Positions 38,562 through 48,137 of a DNA stretch of 64,000 nt are shown here, piece by piece. Positions within the stretch are counted from its first letter, which is position 1. Each line of letters starts with the position of its first letter. The DNA is taken from positions 60 to 64,059 of the forward strand of contig JBAXUB010000004.1 in NCBI GenBank assembly GCA_037129895.1. The letters run 5' to 3'. A program made the translations under genes and the position numbers. The notes beneath the pieces are model-generated. The model saw only the letters and a program-made list of their open reading frames with translations, ran no database searches and was not told where the DNA came from. This DNA is from Candidatus Tayloriibacteriota bacterium (GTDB taxonomy: Bacteria > Patescibacteriota > Minisyncoccia > Phycocordibacterales > PALSA-1337).

Positions 38562-39689
38562 TTAGTGTAGTGCCAACCAGAATCCAAATACTACGAATAT
38601 GAAGTGAACAACCCAGAAGCGCATGACGGTTTTCTCCTCACTCCAACCTTTGAGTTCGAAATGGTGATGTAGTGGTGCCATGCGGAATACCTTGCGGCCG
38701 AGGAAGTATCGAGACATGACTTGGATAACTACCGAGATTGCCTCGACGTAGAAAATAAATCCGAGGAATAATAGGGAACTGGTTTCACCGATAGCCATAG
38801 CGTTCACTGCTAGTAGTGCGCCAAGTCCTAAACTACCGACATCTCCCATCATGAATCTAGCGGGTTTGATATTGTAGTATGTGTACGCTACCAGTGCACC
38901 TATAGTTGTAGCATTCAGTATTGCGATCTCGCCGAATCCATTGATCCAGGAAAGTAATGTAAGTGAGCTAAACGTGATGATGAGTGTTCCTCCAGCCAGT
39001 CCGTCCATACCGTCAGCAATGTTCACGGCGTTAGCGGTAAACATGACGATAAAAATGATGATTGGAATTATGAATATTCCAGCGTTCAGTGCTATGTCGA
39101 ATGGAAAATATATATAATGCCACGCAGGGCCTAATTTCGTATAAATCCACCACGCAGTCAATGTTCCAGCGATAAACTGGAGGATCAATTTCTCATGTAC
39201 AAAAATGCCTTTTCCAGGTCTCGATCCGAACCATACCGACATACGTTTGAATGCTGTCCAAGGCAATGTGAGCATGTACCATAGACGCATCTTGAAGTCC
39301 TTGTGAACTCTTATGAGTTTGAGAACATGTCCTAACTTTCTCGAATGCCTCTCTCTGCCATAGATATTCATGAAGTCGTCGATCGCACCTAATCCAGCAG
39401 AGAGTAGCATCACACCTATTGGTACCCAAGTAAAATTGCGTGACCAATTGAATAAGATCGTGATCACTGCCACTGTGACTATGACCAATAGACCTCCCAT
39501 GACTGGTGTACTGTTCTTGTATGCATGGGAACCGAGTTTACTGAGCTCAGTTTTTGGTCCCTTTATTACATGGAGGCGATAGAGTACTTTCGACAAAAAA
39601 GGTGCCCATAACATAGCCACGACGGCTCCAGCCAAGGCAAAACTCATAATATAGGCCAGATCTGCTGTGCCCTGTAATATCGTTATCAT
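38562..39689 (-). CDS. mraY: Phospho-N-acetylmuramoyl-pentapeptide transferase
   Basis: TPVMGG, NAVNIADGMDGL, FMMGDVGS, MAPLHHHFELKGWSE. Confidence 0.92.
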   Translation of the reverse strand: MITILQGTADLAYIMSFALAGAVVAMLWAPFLSKVLYRLHVIKGPKTELSKLGSHAYKNSTPVMGGLLVIVTVAVITILFNWSRNFTWVPIGVMLLSAGLGAIDDFMNIYGRERHSRKLGHVLKLIRVHKDFKMRLWYMLTLPWTAFKRMSVWFGSRPGKGIFVHEKLILQFIAGTLTAWWIYTKLGPAWHYIYFPFDIALNAGIFIIPIIIFIVMFTANAVNIADGMDGLAGGTLIITFSSLTLLSWINGFGEIAILNATTIGALVAYTYYNIKPARFMMGDVGSLGLGALLAVNAMAIGETSSLLFLGFIFYVEAISVVIQVMSRYFLGRKVFRMAPLHHHFELKGWSEEKTVMRFWVVHFIFVVFGFWLALH

Positions 39690-39753
39690 ACCTATTAAGA
39701 TACCATAAAATATGGGATCTGTTCAATTGGGGATTAGGTTGTTTGGTAGTTTG

Positions 39754-39874
39754 TTAAGTAGCCCTGCATTCTTCAAATGGCGGGGCACGGATATTTTTCT
39801 GCTGAAAAATTCCTCGTGCTTGCGCCAGTCGCGCTCGCAAGTCCCCGCCATTTGAAGAATGCAGGGCTACTTAA
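39754..39874 (+). repeat. 65-nt structured core, copy C, inside perfect 28-bp inverted arms
   Basis: Core 39782-39846; arms 39754-39781 and 39847-39874. Confidence 0.88.
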
Positions 39875-39908
39875 AATATCCCAATTCAATTAATTTAAAA
39901 TATTTGAG

Positions 39909-40685
39909 CTACAACCACTTCAATCTACGTAATTCAGTTTTTGATTTTTGAGCTCTTATGAAAAGTCGATTCGTCGGACCTTCTTTACCATCTTCGATCC
40001 ATCGAGCTTCTAGGAAGCCTTTTTGTGGGTCGAGTATCTCTATCGAACCTTGTCTGACACCAGTATTGGAGACACCGTCTTCAGGGTATGCAACGGAATG
40101 TGAGTAATGAATCTTTGTAGGGAAAAAGTTTTGGTAATCGATCTGATGAATGACAAGTATGTGATCTCTCTCACTGTCATCGTTATCGCCAGTCATCGTG
40201 ATCATATCTCCAGGAGTGACTTCTCCCAATGTTACGAGCCGACTGTTTCTGTCATCTGCGAATGTTGCAACATCACAATTCTCAGCTGGTCGCAGGGAAC
40301 ATCGAATCTTGGAGATGATTCCAGAACAGTTCACAAACTTGAGGTGTTTATCTATCGATCCTTTATTCGATTCTAGACATTCAGCATTCAATACGTAATA
40401 CGCGAATCCAGAACAATCAATGCCGATGTTATGATCTACCAGTATCTTTTTTAAAGTTTCATCTGCAAGTTGTTCCACTGGGAAGTGACTCTTATTCATT
40501 ATTGAGTCGACTTCTTCGAAAATATCTTTTGGACTGCCTTTACCAACATAGGTACGAAGAGTGCCGCGAGATCTAGCGACTTTATTATTATAATAGGGGA
40601 CTCTGCATACTGACGTGCCGACAGTAAAGTGGTTGTATTGGTCAATAACTGATAGTGCTCGATTTGAAAGAGTTTTTGTATTCAT
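39909..40685 (-). CDS. NlpC/P60-like cysteine hydrolase
   Basis: GIDCSGF, PGDMI, DHILV and YSHS catalytic pattern. Confidence 0.7.
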   Translation of the reverse strand: MNTKTLSNRALSVIDQYNHFTVGTSVCRVPYYNNKVARSRGTLRTYVGKGSPKDIFEEVDSIMNKSHFPVEQLADETLKKILVDHNIGIDCSGFAYYVLNAECLESNKGSIDKHLKFVNCSGIISKIRCSLRPAENCDVATFADDRNSRLVTLGEVTPGDMITMTGDNDDSERDHILVIHQIDYQNFFPTKIHYSHSVAYPEDGVSNTGVRQGSIEILDPQKGFLEARWIEDGKEGPTNRLFIRAQKSKTELRRLKWL

Positions 40686-40693
40686 TATGTAGA

Positions 40694-41959
40694 TTATATC
40701 TCAATTTTGAAATGTGCACTCTTTATAGCCTCTGCGATCTCATGACCTTTGGTATTCAATGATCCATGAGATTCCATAATACCTTGGTCATATTGGATGC
40801 GTAGAAGGTCAGCGTTGTATCCAGTATTCTGATAGGCAACGACATTGTAGCCAAGTTTTTGTAGGGAAGATGAGACATCATCGAATATTGCTTGAACATT
40901 TTTTGTGACTCTCTGAACAACTTGCGCACCGCCATCTATCTTTATGATGTCTTGATCAATAGGTAGACCTGAAAGAGCGCGAATGTGTGCCTCGAATGTT
41001 GTGAGGCCGCGAACACCGCTCTCGCGAGCCTTTTCCTGGAGTGAAGACTCAAATGTTGTTGACGCTGGTTGGCGAGCATTGATCTCGATCAAAAATATTC
41101 GGCCACTCTTTTCATGTTTGATGAGGTCGATACCAAATAGACCTCTCCAGCCATCTGTTTGGAGTTTCATACCTATCTCGTTCGCCATTGTTTCAATACT
41201 CTTCGTGTCTTCTGAAGTCAAAAGCTTCTTTGCTAGAGACCAATCATTGCCAACAGTACTGAATGTGCCGTCAGTAAATGGTGGTACACCTGTGATCTGG
41301 TAGCTCAGATTCCCTAGAATGATCCTTGTTGGAGTAACTACAACATTCACGGTGAATGATGGTCCTGTAACAAAGGCGGATATTCTAGCGATTCTCTCAG
41401 GGAATTTTTCTTGGACTGCGCGCAGATCGTCGAATGTCTTTATGAGCATCGTTCCATCACCGGTGTGTCCATGATTCCATTGGATGATGAAAGGGTTTTC
41501 TCCTTTCCATGTGATCATCTTCGTGATTTTTGCAGCATGTGGTGGTAAATATTTCGTGCCGAGTGAACCTAACCATCGAAGTTGAGTGATCTTGTTTTCT
41601 ACTCTTTCGGAGAGCATTGCTCCAGGATTGAGTAGGTTACAATTCAATAGTTTGGCGGAAGTTTCTACTCGAGTGGTATTCTTGAATACTAGAATAGAAG
41701 GAGCGATCGAAGAATCTACACTGCGAGATTTGATATCAGATATCAAAGATTTCGTTATCTCATGTCCTAGTAGGTCAGTGGTTCCTAGTAAACCCTTTTC
41801 TCCACCATCGATCAGTATTACTGAATCTGGAAATTGTTGCTTCACACTTTCTCCGTATCTAGTTTTGTTAGAAACGATAATATAATGTTCGTTCGGCTTC
41901 GTACCTAGCGCCCTCTCGATTTCTCTGGTGATATATATAATAGTAGTGTTTGTGTTCAT
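40694..41959 (-). CDS. ATP-grasp ligase
   Basis: GHTGDGT loop, GLFGIDLI, FLIEINAR. Confidence 0.8.
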   Translation of the reverse strand: MNTNTTIIYITREIERALGTKPNEHYIIVSNKTRYGESVKQQFPDSVILIDGGEKGLLGTTDLLGHEITKSLISDIKSRSVDSSIAPSILVFKNTTRVETSAKLLNCNLLNPGAMLSERVENKITQLRWLGSLGTKYLPPHAAKITKMITWKGENPFIIQWNHGHTGDGTMLIKTFDDLRAVQEKFPERIARISAFVTGPSFTVNVVVTPTRIILGNLSYQITGVPPFTDGTFSTVGNDWSLAKKLLTSEDTKSIETMANEIGMKLQTDGWRGLFGIDLIKHEKSGRIFLIEINARQPASTTFESSLQEKARESGVRGLTTFEAHIRALSGLPIDQDIIKIDGGAQVVQRVTKNVQAIFDDVSSSLQKLGYNVVAYQNTGYNADLLRIQYDQGIMESHGSLNTKGHEIAEAIKSAHFKIEI

Positions 41960-42057
41960 ATTTGCAGTCTAATATAGTTTGGCGATAATCTCAACTCGTT
42001 GAATCCTTTCATGCGACTAGTCTGAACCTGTGCACAATATCTAGTATGTGATAATGT

Positions 42058-42783
42058 ATGGAAATGGTGACTTTTTCCGTACTTGGAACCCCGATAGGCA
42101 ATCTCGAAGATATTACACTTCGGGCTTTGAATGCGTTGCGGGCGGCAGACCTCGTATTATGTGAGGATACTCGTACGACAAAAAAACTTTTTGATAAGTA
42201 TGATATCCATATAAAGACCATGTCTTATCATGTTCACAGTAAACTTTCTCGTACTGAAGAGATAGTCAGGATTTTGAGGGAGGCTTGTATTAATGAAAAT
42301 ATAGAGAATTTCAGAGTCATTCTAGTATCAGATGCTGGAACTCCTGGTATATCTGATCCTGGATCGGAACTCGTAGGTAGGATAAGGAGCGAATTGTCGG
42401 TTGAGATTGCGGCCGGCTCGGTCAAAATCGAAGCGTTACCAGGGCCATCAGCTATCACTGCCGCGCTCTCTATCGCCGGTGTTCCGTGTGCTGATTTTGT
42501 ATTCCTCGGTTTCTTACCACATAAAAAAGGTCGGCAAACATTATTCAGAGAAATCGCTGAATCAGAAAGGACCGTTGTATTTTATGAATCACCACATAGG
42601 ATTATGAAGACGTTGGAAGCATTGAGAGTTGAAGTGAATGCAGAGAAGAAAATCACCATATGTCGTGAACTAACGAAAATATTTGAAGAGGTCGTGGCCG
42701 GTAGTGCAGAGGAAGTATTCCAATATTTTACTAGTCATCCAGATAAAGTCAGGGGAGAGTTTGTCGTTATCGTGTCTGGATAA
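42058..42783 (+). CDS. rsmI: 16S rRNA (C1402-2'-O)-methyltransferase
   Basis: TPIGNLEDIT, CEDTR, SDAGTPGISDPG, YESPHR, RELTK. Confidence 0.95.
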   Translation: MEMVTFSVLGTPIGNLEDITLRALNALRAADLVLCEDTRTTKKLFDKYDIHIKTMSYHVHSKLSRTEEIVRILREACINENIENFRVILVSDAGTPGISDPGSELVGRIRSELSVEIAAGSVKIEALPGPSAITAALSIAGVPCADFVFLGFLPHKKGRQTLFREIAESERTVVFYESPHRIMKTLEALRVEVNAEKKITICRELTKIFEEVVAGSAEEVFQYFTSHPDKVRGEFVVIVSG

Positions 42784-42859
42784 TCGATGAAAATATTTTT
42801 GTAAAAAAATACCGAGGCCAGATGGTCTCGGTGTGTGACACTATGAAGTTCGGTGTCTT

Positions 42860-43255
42860 TTACTTGGTTTCTTTTACGCGACCGTTGTTTATGAGTTGGT
42901 CGACCTTTTCCTCTTCTACGGGGTCTCTAGATAGAATGATTTTGTCTCCAGTCACAGACATGAAGACTGTTGTGAGAAGTTTTGTCTCTTCGTGGATGAG
43001 CCGGCACTCGTCAAAGACCGAAGTATAATTCTCATGTCGATGCGTCACTATTTCGTGCACTTCTCCCTTGTGGTCGGCTTTTCTCAGTGTGAGAAATGGA
43101 GCGATCGTCAAGGTCAGTGTATGACCGACAAAACGATAACTGAATATTTTCCCAGCGTGTGAGTCGCCCAGTGGTAGGACGAGTCGGCAGACTGTGAATT
43201 TCTTTAGAACATTACCATCATCGTAGACTGAACTCCGAAATTTATCTGTAAACAT
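42860..43255 (-). CDS. Orphan hypothetical protein
   Basis: 131-aa ORF followed by a hairpin and T-tract on the minus strand (about 42803-42832). Confidence 0.5.
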   Translation of the reverse strand: MFTDKFRSSVYDDGNVLKKFTVCRLVLPLGDSHAGKIFSYRFVGHTLTLTIAPFLTLRKADHKGEVHEIVTHRHENYTSVFDECRLIHEETKLLTTVFMSVTGDKIILSRDPVEEEKVDQLINNGRVKETK

Positions 43256-43360
43256 ATTTTATTTTTCTAGTGTTTCTGGGGTCATCCTACCATGATGTGA
43301 CGTATTCGCAAGGAGTGATAACTTCCACAAGTTATCACTAGATGTTACAATGGCAACACT

Positions 43361-43582
43361 ATGTCCAAAAGACAAATCATAATGATACTAGGATTGTTGG
43401 TTTCCATCATTCAATTTCTAGGATTTCCCAGTAGTTGGAACAAGATATTTTATGTTTTCGTTGGAATATTGATAATAGGAGTTGCATATAATATGGCCAA
43501 GAAAATCAATCCCGTAGACGCCAAGGCTTTACCATACGAAGAACACAAGAGTGGGCAAAATAATATCGGAGAAAGCAAATGA
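43361..43582 (+). CDS. Small two-TM membrane protein
   Basis: FLGFPSSW between two hydrophobic helices. Confidence 0.65.
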   Translation: MSKRQIIMILGLLVSIIQFLGFPSSWNKIFYVFVGILIIGVAYNMAKKINPVDAKALPYEEHKSGQNNIGESK

Positions 43583-44784
43583 GGATACCTTGGAAAGACA
43601 ATGGAGCCACACGCATCGTAGTAATATTACTCGGCGTGTGTTTCATTTTTGTTTGTACACTCGTTATCTTCTGGTCAGTTCCTGTTGGGAAGATGACATA
43701 CTCGGAGGCAGAACAACAGCTTCCGGCAACTAGTACGATCGACACAGTTCAGGTAGTGAAACCCGTAACTCATCTCAAGACCCCAGTTCCACTAAAGGCG
43801 GTTTACATGACGAGTTGGGCTGCTGGTAATGACAAGTTCAGAGCAGAACTATTCGACCTCGTAGATACAACAGAGATAAATGCAGTTGTCATAGACGTAA
43901 AAGATTATTCCGGAAGAATCAGTTTCCCAGTTGATGATCCGGCCCTTATTAAAATCGGATCCGCTGAAAAACGTATTCCGGATATAAAGGAGTTTATAGA
44001 GAAACTTCATACTAGGGGGGTGTATGTCATCGGGCGCATTTCTTCTTTTCAAGATTCATTCTTGGTAAATATTCGTCCAGAGTTGGCTGTGAGGACAGGA
44101 AGTGGTGCTATCTGGAAAGATTATAAAGGTGTGAAGTGGTTGGATGCTGGTGCACAACCTGTGTGGGATTATTTGGTCGCTATAGGTAAGCAAGCCTACG
44201 CTTATGGTTTTGATGAATTGAATTTTGATTACATAAGATATCCATCAGATGGCAATCTTGATGACATCGCGTATTCATGGAGTAATGGCAGGACGCGCCG
44301 AGAAGTTATGCGTGATTTTTTCCTGTATCTCCGTGAGCAGTTAGCGGGAACTCCGGTACCTATCTCTGCTGACTTGTTCGGTCTCACGACGAGTGCCAAT
44401 GATGATCTCGGTATCGGTCAAGTTTTGACTGATGCGTTGCCATATTTCGACTATGTATCGCCTATGGTCTATCCATCTCATTTTTCCAAAGGTTATCTCG
44501 GCTTCAATAAACCGGCAGAGCATCCTTATGACGTTATACATTTCGCTATGAATACGGCGATCAATCGTGCTATAGCAGCATCGTCTTCACCTGATAAACT
44601 CCGTCCATGGTTGCAAGCATTCGATATGGGAGCAACTTATACACCAGCTATGGTTCGTGCGCAGATACAAGCTACCAATGATCTCGGTCTAACTAGTTGG
44701 ATGCTCTGGGATGCTGCGAGCAGGTATGACAAAAAGGATCTGGTTCCGAAGTCAGCCACTACTAGTAGTTCTGTCTCTAGATAG
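43579..44784 (+). CDS. Putative glycoside hydrolase (DUF4015-like), membrane anchored
   Basis: NAVVIDVKD, GFDELNFDYIRYP, PMVYPSH, RPWLQAF. Confidence 0.8.
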   Translation: MRIPWKDNGATRIVVILLGVCFIFVCTLVIFWSVPVGKMTYSEAEQQLPATSTIDTVQVVKPVTHLKTPVPLKAVYMTSWAAGNDKFRAELFDLVDTTEINAVVIDVKDYSGRISFPVDDPALIKIGSAEKRIPDIKEFIEKLHTRGVYVIGRISSFQDSFLVNIRPELAVRTGSGAIWKDYKGVKWLDAGAQPVWDYLVAIGKQAYAYGFDELNFDYIRYPSDGNLDDIAYSWSNGRTRREVMRDFFLYLREQLAGTPVPISADLFGLTTSANDDLGIGQVLTDALPYFDYVSPMVYPSHFSKGYLGFNKPAEHPYDVIHFAMNTAINRAIAASSSPDKLRPWLQAFDMGATYTPAMVRAQIQATNDLGLTSWMLWDAASRYDKKDLVPKSATTSSSVSR

Positions 44785-45113
44785 GTTGTTATATAAATGT
44801 AGTTTACTTTTTATTTAAATTAGTTTTGAGGTGATACATACAGTATGCTTTTCTCATTACTCCTCTGCGGAATGAGGAAACTATTATTCGTCTCGTAAAT
44901 TGGCGCACCACGGAACAGTCCTCGAGTCGTAAGAACAAATGCTTGTCGTATGTCTTACGAAAGTATAATTAATGAATAGAACACCGCGTGATTTTTACCC
45001 CCTTGCATTATCCTATAATAGTGTTATGATTTTTGTGGACCTGATTCGTTGATGGGATAAGAGTACTGTGTCGTACTCTGATCAATGAAACAGATAGCAA
45101 ATTGGAATCAGTT

Positions 45114-45350
45114 ATGGCAAAAAAGGCCTATGGAAATGGTTCGGTTGTGATACCGAAGGATCCTCTGCAAAAGCTAGCTGAAGCAAAAGCTAAGAGAGCT
45201 GTTGATACTGGTGTGGTTCGTGGGAACAAGATACTCATGTTCTTCAGAAACCGCAATGATGAGAAGTTCAACATCGAGGCTCCCGCTGAACGGGAGATAG
45301 CTCTCGGTACTGCGATGCAGTTGGTTCGCAAAGGTTGCGTCCCTGTGTAA
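45114..45350 (+). CDS. Orphan hypothetical protein
   Basis: Upstream TTGCAT..TATGAT promoter-like site; downstream GC hairpin terminator at about 45376-45417. Confidence 0.5.
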   Translation: MAKKAYGNGSVVIPKDPLQKLAEAKAKRAVDTGVVRGNKILMFFRNRNDEKFNIEAPAEREIALGTAMQLVRKGCVPV

Positions 45351-45444
45351 CGCATCCAGCACTTCATGTGCGACAAGACACACCCCCCTGCCAATCTTTG
45401 GGCAGGGGGGCTTCTTTATGTTATAATATTCTCATAGCTCATTC

Positions 45445-47283
45445 ATGGACGAAAATCGAATCACATATTTCGCTGAGACGGATGCTCGTAACAAACGGGT
45501 TAAATTTGGTATCAAAGCCAAAGACCGTACGAGACACGTATACGTGATAGGAAAGACGGGTATGGGAAAGTCTACTATGCTAGAGAACATGGCTGCGCAG
45601 GACATCCAAAATGGCGAAGGAATGTGCTTCATAGACCCACACGGTAAAACAGCTGACCTCATGCTCGAATACGTGCCTAAAGAGCGTATAAGAGACGTCA
45701 TATACATAGCACCGTTCGATATAGAACACCCGATATCATTCAATGTGTTAGAACATGTGGATCCAGACAAGAGACATCTAGTTTCATCGGGACTCATGAG
45801 TACTTTCAAGAAAATCTGGGAGGATGCATGGTCGGCGCGTATGGAATATATTCTGACCAATACGTTGCTCGCTTTGCTCGAGTACCCAGGAGCAACATTA
45901 CTTGGAGTGAATAGAATGCTATCAGACAAGGATTATAGAAAAGAGGTGGTCAATAATATCAAGGATCCTTCGGTAAAAGCATTTTGGCAAAAGGAATTTG
46001 CGAACTATACAGAACGCCAAGCGGCAGAAGCGGTACCTGCTATCCAGAACAAGGTGGGACAATTCACAGCAAATCCTTTGATCAGGAATATGATCGGTCA
46101 GCCGAATTCGTCATTTGATTTTAGAAAGGCGATAGATCAGAAAAAGATCGTGATCATCAACTTGTCGAAGGGTAGAATAGGTGATGAGAATATGAAACTC
46201 CTCGGAGGTTTGCTCGTCACGAAGATATATCTAGCAGCGATGTCACGCGCTGATGTTCCTGATCGAATGATGCAGGTCCTGCCAAATTTCTATTTATATG
46301 TGGACGAATTCCAGAACTTTGCTAACGCTTCATTTGCAGATATTTTGTCAGAAGCTAGAAAGTACAAACTCAATCTAACGATAGCGCACCAATATGTTGA
46401 ACAGATGGATGAAATAGTTAGGCCGGCAGTTTTCGGTAACGTTGGAACGATGATCTCTTTCCGAGTAGGAGCGACGGACGCAGAATTGTTGGAGAAGGAG
46501 TTTGCTCCACAATTCGTCATAGAGGACTTGGTCAATCTAGGTTTTACACAAATATATTTAAAGTTAATGATCGATGGGCTATCTTCTGTACCATTCTCAG
46601 CTACGACTTTGCCACCTATAGCACATCCAGATGTGTCATATGTAAAGGAGATCATCGCGGCTTCACGTGAACAATTCTCGAGGCCGAGAGCAGAGGTGGA
46701 AGCGGCGGTTGTATTGTTCCACAATCCAGTGGTGGCGGTGAAGAATCCAGTAAATGTAAAGGCACCATCTACTCCATCAATTAGCCCAGTGACCGAATTA
46801 TCGAAAATAGCCCATAAACCGGCAGTAGTTGCTGGTGCTATATTGTCCGGCATCAAAACTGAAGTTTCCAAGATAAAGACGGAGATAACGCATGTATTGC
46901 CTCATAGTCACAAAGGTGAGGGTCAGGTGGCGGTGGTAAAGGATAATGCGAATGTACAGCCGGAAAAGAATGAGAAGGGGGACAAGACACATAAACCATT
47001 TTCTGATCTATTAGCCAGAGTGATGGCAAAAAATGATAATGGAGAAAAAGTTGCGCCAACTCCGATAAATGAAGCAGCGCAATCAAAAAAGACAGCAACG
47101 GTAAGTTTGTCGAAATTGTCGCCAAAGGTCAGTGAGGATAGACGTCATCTGAAAGTCGATCCAAAGGTTGCGACGAAGCAGAATGTGAGCGATCTCAAGA
47201 ATGCATTGGCTGGGGTGTTGAAGAAGGCGGATGTGAAAGAGGTACCAGAGGATGTACTGAAAAAGGTGTTGGAGGGGAATTGA
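45445..47283 (+). CDS. Type IV secretion coupling protein / DUF87-like P-loop ATPase
   Basis: RHVYVIGKTGMGKST, IDPHG, YVDEFQNF, SEARKY, AHQY. Confidence 0.85.
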   Translation: MDENRITYFAETDARNKRVKFGIKAKDRTRHVYVIGKTGMGKSTMLENMAAQDIQNGEGMCFIDPHGKTADLMLEYVPKERIRDVIYIAPFDIEHPISFNVLEHVDPDKRHLVSSGLMSTFKKIWEDAWSARMEYILTNTLLALLEYPGATLLGVNRMLSDKDYRKEVVNNIKDPSVKAFWQKEFANYTERQAAEAVPAIQNKVGQFTANPLIRNMIGQPNSSFDFRKAIDQKKIVIINLSKGRIGDENMKLLGGLLVTKIYLAAMSRADVPDRMMQVLPNFYLYVDEFQNFANASFADILSEARKYKLNLTIAHQYVEQMDEIVRPAVFGNVGTMISFRVGATDAELLEKEFAPQFVIEDLVNLGFTQIYLKLMIDGLSSVPFSATTLPPIAHPDVSYVKEIIAASREQFSRPRAEVEAAVVLFHNPVVAVKNPVNVKAPSTPSISPVTELSKIAHKPAVVAGAILSGIKTEVSKIKTEITHVLPHSHKGEGQVAVVKDNANVQPEKNEKGDKTHKPFSDLLARVMAKNDNGEKVAPTPINEAAQSKKTATVSLSKLSPKVSEDRRHLKVDPKVATKQNVSDLKNALAGVLKKADVKEVPEDVLKKVLEGN

Positions 47284-47335
47284 TATATTGGAATTATAGC
47301 TCGTATTGATTCCGGCAGATATAATATAAGCAATC

Positions 47336-48112
47336 CTATGTTCTTACATATGAAAGTAGTATACGTAAGTATGCTTTGATGGTTCCTAGGTATGACCTAG
47401 GATATAGTTTGGAGTTGTTGCGCACAATTTCCAGAATTTCTCTGGCAGCAGTCAGACGTTTCGTTTTCGTAATGTTCTCACCGTGAATCCTGTACCCAGT
47501 CAAGACCTGAGGAATGTTAGTAAATTTGTGCTTTGTACCGATTTTGAGCCAGAGATCGTAGTCATCGCATATCTTGTACTCGGTTGAATAACCACCACAT
47601 TCGAGGGCGGCAGATTTTCGGTAGAGAAGGGAAGACTGTGCGAAAGGATTGTATTGAAGGACGATGTTCCTGATGAGTGAGTCGTAGATCGGGAATAGTA
47701 CTTTCTTTATCGGTTTTGAATCGACATCGATATGCATGATGCCACCACCGAGCATAGCGTAGTCTGAGTTCTCATCGAGAAATTCTACTTGTTTGCGGAG
47801 TTTTTCTCGGTCTAGCCAGATATCGTCAGAATCGAGAGGAGCGATATAGCGACCACGGGCGATAGAGAGGGCTTTGTTACGCGTCTTTGGGATTCCGAGG
47901 TTTGTTTGGTTTTTCACTATTTTCACACGTTCATCTGACAGGAATTCCGATGCGACCGCGACGGTCTTGTCCTTTGAGCCATCGTCGATGATTATCAATT
48001 CAAAGTCTGTGAATGATTGGTTCAATACACTTCGAATACTTTCCGCGATGAATTTCTCGCGGTTGAATGCCGGCATGATGACGGAGACTCGTGGTTCTGT
48101 ACTCATATTCAT
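47336..48112 (-). CDS. Glycosyltransferase family 2
   Basis: VSVIMPAFN, IIDDGSKD, LDSDD, DDYDLW. Confidence 0.9.
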   Translation of the reverse strand: MNMSTEPRVSVIMPAFNREKFIAESIRSVLNQSFTDFELIIIDDGSKDKTVAVASEFLSDERVKIVKNQTNLGIPKTRNKALSIARGRYIAPLDSDDIWLDREKLRKQVEFLDENSDYAMLGGGIMHIDVDSKPIKKVLFPIYDSLIRNIVLQYNPFAQSSLLYRKSAALECGGYSTEYKICDDYDLWLKIGTKHKFTNIPQVLTGYRIHGENITKTKRLTAAREILEIVRNNSKLYPRSYLGTIKAYLRILLSYVRT

Positions 48113-48137
48113 ATTCTAGGGCTTATCGAGGTGTAAA

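Noticed and set aside
44785-45000. Possible ncRNA in the intergenic region
   Set aside because: Only weak local hairpins, with no recognisable family motif or second copy.
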